Notes: generated by a model not told the origin, from the sequence alone. 63,646 bases of DNA from Lama glama (GCA_028534125.1 CM052816.1:81532355-81596000), one strand, 5' to 3'. Shown: positions 12,821 to 26,305, counted from the first letter of the stretch. Translations and numbers: made by a program.

Positions 12821-14549
12821 GTTCAGATATATTGCTATATCTATATCAGTTCTAGAGTAACTTTTTAAAACATTTGGAGATTGTCAGAGATTGGTAATTA
12901 ACATGATACCATTTTTCTCACTTAACAGAGTTTCTAAAATAATAATATTATGAGGATGTTCCTCTATCTGTAAAAGATTCTGAGTTTTGCATGTTTATTT
13001 AAAACTTGAATACACATATTCCATTCTTAGCTAATAGGACAGTAAATAGGCCTTTTACACTTGGGGCAGGATTCATTTTTACTTCTTATTGGTAGAGAAC
13101 ATAAACTTATTCACAAAATTGTGTTGATAATTTTGAGGGGTTTTTTTGACCACCCTCCTACAGGTCTGATAAATTTCTCTACCTTGTTGAGTAAGAGAGA
13201 CTAATGTGATCTTTTTTCTTTCTTTGTGCTTGTGGTATTGGTGTTGTCTTCACCAATATAATTATACTTTTTTTATAGAAAGTCTTTTAAAATTACCTTA
13301 CCCATATTTTGAGGGTTTGTTTGGTTAAAACTAGATACTTACTCAGCACATACCAAGGCAGTATGTCACAGCGCGCAGCCCTGTGTTGACAGTGGTCAGC
13401 CCTCTCTGGGTAAGCCTTGTGCCTGTCAGTGAACTGTGGCCCTCCGACAGAGACTCAATGAGGGCATGAATGTTAACTCTATATGTTAAATATTAGCAGA
13501 TATAATTTTTTAAGATAAAAATAAAAGTGCAAGTTACCTCTAACTGTACCCTGACAGATCATTTCTACATCCTGTGGGGGGATCACTGGCTTAAGCAATT
13601 TTTGTGCCATGCTCACATTGTGCTGCCATTGTTGGTCCATTCCTGCTTCTGGTAGTGCAATTTAGAATTGCTAACTAGGTGCTCAGCTGGCCAAGAGGAG
13701 GGTTTATCAAAGTTTTAGTTACTTTTGGCAGGTAGATCAGAGTGCAAGAGTTCTTTCTGTGGAATATAGTGGGTCTCGCCTTAACATCAGTGTTATTGAT
13801 ATCCACTTTGGTGCCACTTAGTCTTGTGGAGATGTTTTTCAGATGCTGTATCCGCTAACATTCTATTTATCCTGCATCATATGGGCTAACGGCATATTGG
13901 GATAATACATTCTAGACCCCTGGATTTCCTTTGACAGTTAATGTACCTGTCATTCAAGTATGGTATACAGGAAGTATGGCATGCAGGGAGTTGAATCTCA
14001 ATATTTAGGATGGCTGTATTCTTCTTAAATTTGCCTGTTATGTACTATTTTATGCATGTAGCTTATCCAGTACTCAGTATAAACGATAACTGAATTTGAT
14101 TTTCAATTTGAGCTTCTGTGTACCCTTCTCACTTGATTGAGGAGTGAAAGGACAGATGTCTGTAAGCTTTTCTCAGAAGTATTTACATACAGTTAATATT
14201 TTAAGACAGTATCCATTTGAGTTAGGAATTTGTGTAAACCAAGAAGCTAATACTTAGCAAGTGTGTGGGGTTTTTTTTAAACAATGTCCTGTGAAGTTTA
14301 GGATGGCCACAGATGCCAGAATATTGCCTGTAGCACTTTAGTTGCATGATCCTGATGTGTAATAGGAATGACCTGTAATTTCCGCATACAAGAAGGGAAT
14401 CTAGAGAGGCAGAAGAAGAAAAAAAGCACATTTTTTTAAAATTAAGGAAACATCTACTTCATATCTAGTTAAAGTACTGATAGCAGCTTGCTGATTTTTT
14501 ATTGTAGTGAAATGTACCCAACCTAACACCATTTTCACTATTTTTTAAA

Positions 14550-14656
14550 ACTCATTTTATTATTATTTTTATTCTTAATGGAGGTACTAGGAATTGAACC
14601 CAGAACCTCATGCATGCTAAGCATGCGCTCTACCACTGAGCTGTAACCACTCCCCA
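14550..14656 (-). mobile_element. tRNA-derived SINE (camelid Vic-1-like)
   Basis: Reverse complement reads ggggagtggttacagctcagtggtagagcgcatgcttagcatgcatgaggttctgggttcaattcctagtacctcc, followed by an AT-rich tail. Pol III A and B boxes present. Confidence 0.85.
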
Positions 14657-16999
14657 CCTTTTTAACTATTTTTTAAGTGTTCAGTCTTTGGCCAGCTTGT
14701 TGATTTAATATTTTTTAGTTGCTTCAAGATAATGAGTGGTATCAAATATCAGTTACTGCAACAGTACTGATGTAGGTGCTGTGAAACTTAAAGAAGTGCT
14801 TCCGTGCTGAAAGAATTTTCAGATCCATTTGGGGAACAGTTGTGTATTTTTAATAATAGATCAGTAACAGATTAGAGTTTAACAATATAGTTCTCCAAAA
14901 GTGCAATATTTTAGAGAAGAGAAATCCCTGGGAGTTTTAGTAGTTGGAGGAGGAAGTGGAACTTGGATCAGGCCTTTGAAGGGTAAAAATGAGACGGAAG
15001 GAGGTGTTCTGTTCAGAGCAATTGGAGGGAGTGGTAACATTGGTGGACCTGTCCTTACACTGCTGAGTCTGTACTTGTTCCTTGGTTTTCAAAACTGTAT
15101 ACTGTAATGTTGAGGGTAACGTTACGTGCATAGGTGGTAAGACTGGGTAAAGAAAAAAGAGTGATTAATGTAGTACGTTGGTCGGGTGGTTACATCTGAG
15201 GCAGAGAAAGCACAATTGTGGAGGTATCTAAGGTCCTGGCAAAGATTTCTTCTTTACCTGGCGTGGGAGGGTGAGATACTCAGCCATTCATTTTATTATT
15301 ATTTACAGTGTACATGTACACATGCCATATGTTTTAAACATTATGTATCTTGTTAATTTAAAAATTAATAAATATATATATTTGAGGCAAAGACCTAAAG
15401 TTTATGGTTTTTAAGAGCAGAGTTTTTTTTTGCTTTCTGAAATCTTAAGAGGTGTAATTGATAAATTTGGTCACAAGATGTCAGCAGACTGCCAAATTTA
15501 CAAACAAAGCTTTTTTTGTAACATGTCAAGGAGGATGGAAGTTTTTCGTAGTGAAATTTTTTTGGTGCTTGTCTGTATGTCACTTTCACTGAATTATTTG
15601 TTGAGCAATGGACATAAATAATCTTTGAAGAACTTCCTCTCTTTATGTACTTCTCACAGTTTCCTTAATAAAAAAGTGAACTGTAAATAAATTCCATTTT
15701 AAATTTGCTTGTATAACTTGTAACGTCTTTTCAAGTAGTGAATAATTTGGGAACTGATAACAGTATGGATCACATTAACATCTTCTAATCTAGAATTCTG
15801 AGCATCATTCATTAAGTGTTTGTTACAGTGTGTTTAAAAGATATTCAACATTATGCTTAAATCAAAGCAGCTAAATCTTTAGTAGACAGTATAGGTTAAA
15901 CCTTTATTGTGTCTTCACTCATCCAACTCCTCTCCTCCCATTCCAATTTATACTGGTGTCTTGAGTATGCTAATCTCAGGGGTGACTTTATTCTTTGGAT
16001 TTAGCTTAATTTGGTTCTTTTAAAATGTCAGGATGCGAAGACACTTTGACCACTCAGTTATTTCATTGTGCCTTTTTGGGGTGCCCAATATAGTATTGAA
16101 TATTACCCACACTATTTCAGCCTTCTGCCTATGGGATCCCTTCATGTTTTTCAAGTATCTGAAGAGATCTGAATAACATTTTTGTTGGAGTGAGCACACA
16201 CGTTTTCTCCCCTTTCCAGGGACTTGCTATAAAGGATGATAATGTCTGAGTTTTTTTTTTTCTTTTTTTAATTAATTCCTCTGAGGCAGAAATGATTGCT
16301 CATAAGAAGGTCCAGTCATAATGGAACTCCTTATTTGAAGGTGGCTCTGTGTTCAGGCTCTTCTCATTTTTAGTAGCAACATTAAACTAAGAGTATATTT
16401 TGGATTTGAGAAATTTCTCACAGGAACTTTGTAAGTATTGTTCCGTTGGTTGCAATATATAAGATTTAATTGTGGGTAAGGTGTGAATAAACCTTAGCAT
16501 GCCTTCGGTATAGGAGATAGTAAGTTATAAACTGTTAACCTCATTTATTTCCAATGAGAAAGAAAAATCATTATATAGTAGCATTAGAAGGATTTGGTTT
16601 TTTTTTTTTTTAAGGTCTTCGAAGAGAAATTTAACTATGGGTTTCTCAGAATAATCTTCACAACTCCCATCCCTCTTCCCCATTGTTTAGGAATAGACGG
16701 CCCAGATGTTTTCTGAGACATAGAATACCTTCCTAATTGACGAGTGAGTTGCCAGGGAATAATACTTCTTTGATAATTGACAAATTATTATAAGCATAGT
16801 TAACTAATTAACCTTGGAGTTGAACTGTTAGTTTTTTATGGGCTTTTACATAAATTTGGCTATTGATTATCTTATGTTTATTAGTTTAAATTTCCAGATG
16901 TCAATTAAGAATGTCAGGAAACACAACCTAGCGAATTCTAGCCTAGCCTTTAGGCTGCTTACCATGTGCCAATGACATTAAAAAACACAAAACTTCTTA

Positions 17000-17270
17000 A
17001 TTTCAATTTTTAAAGAAGTGCAGTTGATTTACGATGTTAGTTTCAGGTAAACAGCAAAGCCATTCAGTTATACATATACGTACATACGGGTGTGTGTATA
17101 TATATATTTTTTCAGGTTGTTTTCCATTATAGCTTATTACAAGAAATTGAATATAGTCCCCTGTGCTATACAGTAGATCCTTGTTTATTTTATATATATT
17201 AGTGTGTATCTATTAGTCCCAAATTCCTCATTTATCCCTTACCCTACTTTCCCCTTTGATAACCACAGTT
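17000..17270 (-). mobile_element. Cetartiodactyl/camelid L1 3' end
   Basis: gaagtgcagttgatttac...gaaattgaatatagtcccctgtgctatacagtagatccttg. Confidence 0.85.
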
Positions 17271-17714
17271 TGCATAGCTAACCTTAGGAGGAAGATGTTT
17301 GCCTCCACTCGGGCTCATATTCTGCATATAATTGCTGCCTATCTGTTTTGTTGTTTCTTTTGCCTGAGCCTTCCTCTTCTTTCATAGGATGTCACATCCT
17401 GCTGCATTTCAAGATTTAGTTTGAAAGTTCTTCACCCTGTAAGTTTCCTAGAAATACCTCTTAACATCAAACCCCTATAATGTCTTATTCCTCTGGGCTC
17501 TTTGTTTATATTATTCTTATGGCCCTATTTACATCTTATTCTAGCCAGTAAGTTAGTTGTGTTATGAATGTATTTCCTTCACTTGATTTAAAATTTCTAG
17601 AGTTAGAAATAGGTCTTACTAATGTTTGCATTGTCAGTATTTAATATAATTTTTAGAACATTACAAATAGGATAAACTCTTTCTGCCAGAGTGCTGATTC
17701 TGCACGTGGATAAA

Positions 17715-17975
17715 TAATAGCTAACATTTTTTGAGAGCTTACCATGTACCAGGCTCTGTTCTAAGAACTTGACATGTCTTTAGTTTACTTAATCCTCATA
17801 ATAACCCTTTTGAGCTGGTTACAGTTGTTATTGTCACTTTACAGATGAAGAAACAGGGAACAGAGAGGTTAAGAAGCCTCGCCCAGGGTTGCACAGCTAG
17901 GAAATGACCAAATTGGAATTCATATCCAGTCAGTCTGGCTCCAGAGCTTGCTCTTATAACCTGTTATGTTACAGT
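17715..17975 (-). mobile_element. MIR SINE
   Basis: aatagctaacattttttgagagcttaccatgtaccaggc...tttacagatgaagaaacagggaacagagaggttaag. Confidence 0.9.
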
Positions 17976-18339
17976 GCTTCATCAAGTAACTGTTACAGAT
18001 TTCTTAATATTAAATGTAGGTGTGGGCTAATTTAACAGCAGAAGTTGTTTTTCTTTTATACTATTAAGTTTTTAAATCTAATAGAGCCCCAAATATATTT
18101 CATCTCTTACTTTTTGAAGTTACCAAGGAAATTGAATGCAGTGATTGTTTTTGTTTTTATGGAAGCTGATTTGCCAGGGTTTTTTTTAATTTGAAAAGGT
18201 TATGTTTTCTTCAAGTGCAGAATATGACTTTAATAATAATAATTCATACCAGTCCTTCATTATTTGACAGTTTTTTCCGAGTCCCTAGTTTTATGGAATG
18301 AATCACAAAGTGCAGAATTGCAGTTCCAGGTCATTTATT

Positions 18340-19300
18340 CTCTTTAAAAAATAGCTCGTTTTTCTCTTCATGGTGTTAAATTGTATTTTCCTTTAAATTA
18401 TTTTAATATTTAGAATAGCTGTTTTGAAGTCCTTGCCTGCTAATTCTGTCATCTCTCTCATTTCTGGGTCATGTCAGATTTGGTTGACTCCTATTGATTT
18501 TTTTTTTCCCTCTTAGTTTTAGGTCACATTCTCCTGCTGCTTCACAAGTCGAGTAATTTTTATTGGATGCTAGACTTGGTGAATGCTATGTTGTTGTGTG
18601 TTGAAGTTTGTCTTCAAAGGCTGTTGAAATTTGTTTTGCTCAGCACTTAAGTTACTTGTGGATCAGTTTGTATGTAAGCTTTGTTAGACCAAGTCTAGAG
18701 AAGCCTTTACTCAAGGACTAGTTTCGCCCTGCTGCTAAGGTGTGACCTTCTGGAGTCCTTTCTGAATGTCCTGGGTATTCATTGAGACCTTTCCACTCAG
18801 GCTGATTGGCACTCATATTTTGCCTGGCCCTCTGTGAACTCTTGGAATTTGTTCAGGTTACAACTTTCTGGTAGTTTTTGTAGTTTTTCTTTGCTTTGCT
18901 TTGTAGAGTTTCTCACCTTAGCACGTGTGACTTTGTTTTTAGCTAGATTCAAGTGAACACCACACAGATATGGCTAGCGCTCTTACTCTGCATAGCTCCT
19001 CTTCTCCAGTACTCTGCCCTGCATATTCCAGCCGCCTTAGCCTCCCCAGTTCTGATCCCTGCCTTTGTGACACAGTGTGAGTCCGTGCTCTACTTGTGGG
19101 CTTCCGTCCTGCTCTGCTGCTGGGGATGTGCCTTCTTGGGTAAGCTTGGGCAGCAGTAGGGCTCACTTAGATTGCTCTCAAAGGTCACAGCCCTGGGCTG
19201 CCTTTTGATAAGCATCTGAAAACAGTTGTTTCATGTATTTTATCTAGATTTCTAATTGTTTAAGGTCAGAGACCAAGTCCAAGACTGATGACTTGATCAT
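18340..19300 (-). mobile_element. Old L1M 5' region (ORF1 start/5'UTR) remnant
   Basis: aatagctgttttgaagtccttgcctgctaattc...aggtcacattctcctgctgcttcacaagtcgagtaattttt motifs. Confidence 0.65.
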
Positions 19301-19379
19301 AGCCCCCATCTTCTTTAGTGTTAAGTCATATGGCAGAATAATTTTGTCTATGGCCAAATGAGTACTAACAGATTTTAAG

Positions 19380-19570
19380 GCAGCACTGTCCACTAGAGCT
19401 TTCTGTGACATTGAAAATGTTCTGTTTCTGTGCTGTCCAGTCAGTAGCCTCTAGACCCACTTGGCTATTGAGCACTTGAAACATGGCTAGGGTAACTGAG
19501 GAACTGAGTTTTTTGCTAATTTGAACTAATAGCCCTATATAGTTAATGGCCACTCTAGTAGACAGTATAG
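19380..19570. mobile_element. MER3-like hAT MITE
   Basis: cagcactgtccactagagctttctgtgacattgaaaatgttctg...ggctattgagcacttgaaacatggctag. Confidence 0.85.
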
Positions 19571-20209
19571 TTTCTTTTCTCTCAGTATTATACAATTTCA
19601 GTCTTACAGCTTTTGCATATAATAAAAGTGCCTGTGGTTGATCTTTAACATGTCCCAGTTTAGAATATTACTAATGTATTTTTTTAAATTATAAAAATAT
19701 TTACATGTTCATTGGTGACCATTTGGAAAATGCAGAAAGTACAAAAAAGAAAATTTGTCACACAAAGATGACCAGAGATAACCAAGATTAATATTTTGAT
19801 GTATTTCCTTCTAGTCTTCTATAAAGAAAAAAAACTGTTTTAGTGAAAAATCATTTTATTTTAAATATTTAAATGTTCCTGCCTCAAAAGGAAATGTGCA
19901 TAGATGACAAGATTAAAACGGTGAAAATGTTTTGTCCTTTTATAATTGGCTTTATATTATTTGTCATCAAAGAATAGCATCTCCTAAACAGGCTTTCCTG
20001 GCTTTATAGACTGGGTATGTGTAGAAGTTTCAGGAATAGCACGTTAATCAGGAAACTTTATTTTATTCTTTTCTCTCTTTGTTGCAGATTGGTGTTTAAC
20101 AGAAAAGAAACATCTTATTTTCCTCTTGGCTGCTTTTTGACAATAGCTAGAGAGAGGCCAAACATAATTTAATATTTGGCTTATTTCCACACTGGGGGAA
20201 TTGGTTTGA

Positions 20210-20881
<672 letters not shown>

Positions 20882-22352
20882 CCGCTCCCTCCTCTCTTGT
20901 GAGCCAGTGGTTTCTCTTCTGTTGACTGCTGGTTTCTGCAGTTTGTACTTTCCCACACTAATTGGCTTTTGTTTTATGAACTGGTGGGTGGCTTTTCTTT
21001 TCTGTATGTATGCAGGATTCTGCTGGTACGAGAGGCCTTCCTCTTTCTGTTTTAAAAAAAAAGTTTTACTGCCACATTGGCATTCCATTCCTTGTTGCCA
21101 TCCTCCCTGTTACCTGTTCTGGATTTCCGGTATGCTTTGACTTTCAAGGTACCTCCAGTCTCCTCCCATGCACATCTTTTGGATTACCTCAGGTTGAGTT
21201 TTCCCCACATGTGCGTGTACATCTAGCATTCTGCCTACAATTCAGACAGAAGTCACAAAAAGGCCTTTAACTCACCAAAGGTAAATATCTGTATCTATTA
21301 GGACATTTTATACATAGACCTCAGTTGAGATATATACTTAGCAAAATTATTTTTAAATTGAAACAGCACAGTAAATAATATAAAGTACCCATTGGATTTT
21401 GCTTCCCATGTAAATCTATTGTATTACTACACTTGTTATAATTTTAACTATTGAATCATAAAGGTCCAATTTTTTCACAAAGCCGGTTTGGGATGGGCTG
21501 CATTCCAGTTATGCTGTATATAGTTTGAATTATATATAAATTGCTCCTTCTGGCCACCCCCACCCATCTTAGTATTTTGCAAGATTTAATTAGTTGTACA
21601 CCTGGTGCCCCTTACTTGCTACAGTCATTATTGTTTGATGGCAAAATAGACCTCTCATCATTGCAGGAGACAGAGAAGATGTGTGTCTAATTGGTCCCAA
21701 GATTTTTTGAGCTGTGCCATTCATGGTACTCTTTGCTTATGCATCTCCTTTTTGGATTTTTTTTTTTTGGTCTTACTATTTTTATCATTTCTGTAGGAAA
21801 GAGGCTTGTGACCAGTACTAATCTTGAGTACAGTTTATCTTTTTCTGTCCACAAGTAAATTAATGTCTGCTCTTAAATGTCATTTATCTACTCACATTTT
21901 CTTGAGGAAAAAAATCAAATGTCAGTCCTAGCAGATGTTGCATGTAAATCGTTAGCAAGTAATGACTACAACTCAGATGATAAGAATTTTGTAACAGAAA
22001 GCTCTGCTATGTTTTAATTTTTATATACAATTATGATAATTAGCACATTGTAAGAATATAAACCTTTGCTTTTTAAAATTTATTTTTTACTATTTCTTTA
22101 TCACTGTTTATCGCATCACCATTGGTTTCATAATGTAAATACTATATATTGAACAAATTAAATGTCAGATTTTTATTACCATAGTTCATGTTACTAGTGG
22201 GGCTTTCAGGTGTTTAGAGATTGTTTTGGTTAACATTCAATGCAAAAGTACTAGATGGTGTATAACTCTACAGTTGAATTTTAAGAAATTCCCTAATATG
22301 TATACTATCTTTTTATCTGAAGTAATAAATAAACTATGATCTTGAAAGTGCC
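20882..22352 (+). other. GOLPH3: GOLPH3 3'UTR (~1.47 kb)
   Basis: AU-rich stretch with no recognisable repeats, running from the stop codon to tandem AATAAA and followed by a GT/T-rich downstream element. The 3' end is approximate. Confidence 0.85.
22324..22333 (+). terminator. GOLPH3 polyadenylation signal (overlapping AATAAATAAA)
   Basis: Two overlapping AATAAA hexamers (22324-22329, 22328-22333), with tgtcatttgtatttttgtgtt ~40 nt downstream. Confidence 0.85.
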
Positions 22353-22463
22353 TGAATCAGAGCAAGCATGTCATTTGTATTTTTGTGTTCTAATTTTCAT
22401 GTTCTTGGTTTTCTTCCTAATGAAGTTTCACTTAGCCTTAGTATAGAGTGGCAGTACATCAGT

Positions 22464-22683
22464 GCAGGGGTTGGCAGACTTTTTCTTACCTGGTCAGAGA
22501 GTAAATGTTTTAGAATTTTAGACAATAAATATTTTATTAAATATTTGTGAGCCGTATGTGAATGAAAGCCCTGCTGAACGAAAGTCGCTTTAGATCCTCA
22601 AAGAAATGGGAGAGGCTGTAATCCAGTAAAACTTATTTACAAAAAAAGGCAGCTGGCCTTGGGCAATAGTTTGCCAGTCCCCA
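22464..22683. mobile_element. MER58A-like hAT MITE
   Basis: Termini caggggttggcagact...agtttgccagtcccc, with internal ccagtaaaacttatttacaaaaa. Confidence 0.8.
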
Positions 22684-22689
22684 TTTTAA

Positions 22690-24325
22690 CACATGTGAAA
22701 AGGCAGATTTTCTGTCCATTAAGATAACCTCCTTTACCTCTAAAAAGGATACTACTATGGTGGTAATTAAGTATAGGAAGTATTAATTTATAGTTTCTTC
22801 CCATAAAATGGATACTTGAAACTGATACCAGTATCCTGGAATTTCTTTTTAGGTGAAGATTTTCTGTTTTTCTCCTGAACAGATTTTAGGAGTGAGGTAA
22901 TGGATGTCTCTGAGGTGTTCTTGACTTCAGCAGCAGCCGAGTGCCCGGTCCGCTGTGCCTGTGTGTGACCCTGGCTTCAGTTCCTGTTTCTATCTCCAGA
23001 GGAGGGGAAAAGCCGTGCAATCTGGAGGGGAGGGTGTTGTCTAGAACTTGTTCTTCCTATAGAATGCTGCTGCTTACGGTCATCTGTAAAGAGGAATGGT
23101 ATGACTCCATGGAAATTGTTCTGTGTGATAGGAGCACCATGTCCACAGGCTTTTGCTAAAAAGCCTTCAGATCCAAGAATCAGGCAGTGAGTTTTAATAT
23201 AATAAAACTTACATAAAGATCTCTCGTGTGACGGCTCTGATGCTTTCTGACTTTCTTCATATGTCGTTTGATTGCTGTGTGTTCCTTAGAATATCCTGGT
23301 TTAGAACAGTGCTCTAACAGAAGGGAGAAAGGAAACTTACTGAATGTATGTATTTTATATATTGTTTTGACCTCCCAAAACCCCAATTACTGTCTTTCTG
23401 AAGAACAGGCTTGGAGAGGAGGATATGCCGAGTCTCACGTTACCTGGTAAGTGTCTGAGCGTCTCATCCTGAAGCGAGTGAGTAACAGTAGCGGCATGCA
23501 GCTGCATGGTTCCCTCTCGTCTTCGGGCACTAGGAGGGGGCTCCTTCTCTAACAGAGGCAAAAACAGACCCGTGGGCACGTAAAAAATTCTCATGGTGGT
23601 GCGAGATACAGTCATAAGAGGATTTTCCTGCCTTATTCTGATATCTTGGTATAACTTACATAAATTATCTTTCAGGGATGACAAAGTTGACTAATTCTTT
23701 ATGTTCTGAAAAGAAAGAAGCATTGTCAGATGTCAAGTGGCCAAGAAAGCCCCTGGCTGCTGCAGCAGGACTGCTCTGTGGTCTCTGTTGCATTTCGTCA
23801 GTTCTTCCCACTGTCTGTGAACAGGTGGGTACAGTGCTTTTCTTAAGTAAGACAAGCATTTGAGTTTGATCATCTTCTGAAGGAAAGTGAGAGGGGGCTG
23901 CTGTGTGACTGGTTCAGTGGCAACATAGGACCACCCAGTAATGACATCCAGCTTGATGATGACAAGAGCCCATGACTGCCACACACGGTTCCTCTTGCCC
24001 CAGGAACGTGGAAACCACGAGTCACAAGTCTCTCAGGTATTTACTTTATGAAGGTTAATTCTAACTCTGTGGCTTCTCCATCTTACATTAAGATGTGTAT
24101 TGTAGATAATATTCCATTTCACTTTACATGCAGATGAAGACAACCAACAACCTGAGGTAATTTCCAATTCATTGAAGCCCACTGGATACCAGAATGATAT
24201 CCCTGGCTGTGGTAAGTTCTGCATGAACGTCATAGATTCTTTAATAGCGTCGGTAAGGTCGTGGTGTTAATGTTTACAGCCTTGCAGGCTCCTCTTCAAA
24301 GAGGCATGGATGGTAAAGGTAAGTG
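22690..24325. pseudogene. Candidate decayed compact multi-exon gene fragment in two divergent halves (possibly SAGE1/INTS6L-like)
   Basis: Minus-strand AG...GT units at 23705-23660, 23548-23444, 23313-23213, 23120-23078 and 22989-22829, plus an acceptor at 22739; plus-strand units at 24004-24036, 24134-24211 and 24280-24318. Introns are 68-130 nt. Several units are symmetric phase-1 and open; others are frameshifted. Confidence 0.45.
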
Positions 24326-26159
24326 ATACCCATGCCTCCTCAGCCCGGTGTTAGAACTGCGTAGGCGTTTACTCCTGGTAGACCAGTGGTGTATTGCGAT
24401 TCTCACTAGCATTGTTATATACTAATGTGCAGTTTACTTTTTGTGCTTACATTGTGGAGAACTGTCAGAATAAGCACACATCATTCTTTTTAATCATTTT
24501 TGGCTTCATTGTGTAACTTTTCCCATTAATGGACATTTGGATTATTCTCATGTTTTTCATTATTGTAAACAGTATTGTGTAATTTTGTACATATATTTAT
24601 ATTTGTTTGATTTCTATAGGAGGAATTAATAGAAGTGAATTTGCTCGAAGAGTGTGCCATGAAAAATGTTAAAGATAAAAGCCAAGTCGGTTTCTAAGAT
24701 TCATGTTAGCTTGTTCTTCCAAAAATGGAAGTGCTGCTTTCCCTACACGTTAGCTAATGCCACAGCGGGGGTCGTCAGTCCTGGTCTTTGCCAAGGCAGT
24801 AACAGGGGAGAATGATGAAATTATTTTAATTATTGAAGGATCGATTATCATTTATCTTTATTGGTAATTTGCATTTTTTTCTGTGAATTACCTGTTCATG
24901 TTCTTTATCCATTTTTCTAGTTGAGGTCATTGATCTTTTTTATGTGTTGATTTACCAGAGCTTTTCATAAATTACGGGTATTAGCCTTCTATCTGTGATG
25001 TAATTGTTTTTCCCATAAGTTTTTTTTCTTTTTTCTTTTTTCACATTCAGGAAGGTGTAAGGTGCAGTGCTCAAGCATGGAATCTGTGGAGACCTTGATT
25101 GTCCTACTAAAGAGATCAGCATGGTATTCAGGTTTTGGGAGATACATATATTTCATAAAAATATGGGGAGGTGTGGTTAAATATAACAATATAAAAATCA
25201 CAAATATGTAATATATGCATATGTATGCAAACATTTCACTTAATTTTTATGGTTAAAATACAAATGGACAATTACATAAACAGATGCATAGACTAATGGA
25301 TTATTTTAAGGCGAATATGCTTGCACCCATCACTCAGGCCAGGAGAGAAAACCTTGCCAACTATCCAGAGACTGTTCAAGGCTGCCTCCCAATTACAACC
25401 TTCCTAACTCAAGAGTAGCTACTATCCCAACCCAGTATGCATCTCTAATAATTTTATTCTGTTTCATTTTTCATATGATGGGCCTTTTTTAGTTTCTCTC
25501 AATCTATAGGTTCTTCCCTATATCTTTTTTTTTCCTTGCATAATATTTGTCGATGAAGTTGGATCCCTTGTCCTGTAGAGTTTTCCCAAGTTCGGACTTT
25601 GCTGATTGTATCCACAAAGTGTGGTTTAATGTGTTTTTCTGACTTCTCTACTTCTTGAGAACTGGGCGTTGGATCTGAGCCTCTGTCAGATTCCAGTTGG
25701 TTTGTGTAGGCAGCTGTTCATAGATGGTAGTGTGTTCTCCCATCAGGAAGCACATGATGTCTCTCTTGTGATGTTAGGAATCTTCCTGTTCAGTTCTTAG
25801 ATCCTGTGGATGGTTGGGGTTGTATCTGGTGATTTTTAATTGTTATCATTTCTTCTTTGTTTATTAGAGTATTTCTATAAAGAGAAATTTCACTTTACCT
25901 ACATTATCTTTTAGTACAGTTCATAGAGGAAAGGTAGGATAATCTACATTCTATTTATCAGTTTTCAAAATACAATTGGTTTCACAGCATTTTCCAAAGG
26001 TGACTGATTCGTTTTGTAAATAAACATTCTTTTATAATCATAAATTTCCTTGGTGAGAAATAGGATTCTGGACGTGGAAAAGTGGAGATGTGGCTTTAAG
26101 ACAGAGATAGAAAACCCTTGTTCTAAATTCGAATCATGAGTATCAGCATAGTCTTATGA

Positions 26160-26305
26160 GGGGGAGGGTATAGCTCAAGTGCTAGAGCACATGCTTAGCA
26201 TGCACAAGGTCTTGGGTTCAATCCCCAGTCCCTCCTTTGAAAATAAATAAATAAATAAAGCTAATTACCTCCCCCCTCCAAAGAAGAAAAAAAACAGAAA
26301 AAAAA
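26160..26305 (+). mobile_element. tRNA-derived SINE (camelid Vic-1-like)
   Basis: ggggagggtatagctcaagtgctagagcacatgcttagcatgcacaaggtcttgggttcaatccccag, then (taaa)n, ctaattacctcccccc and an A-tail. Confidence 0.9.
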
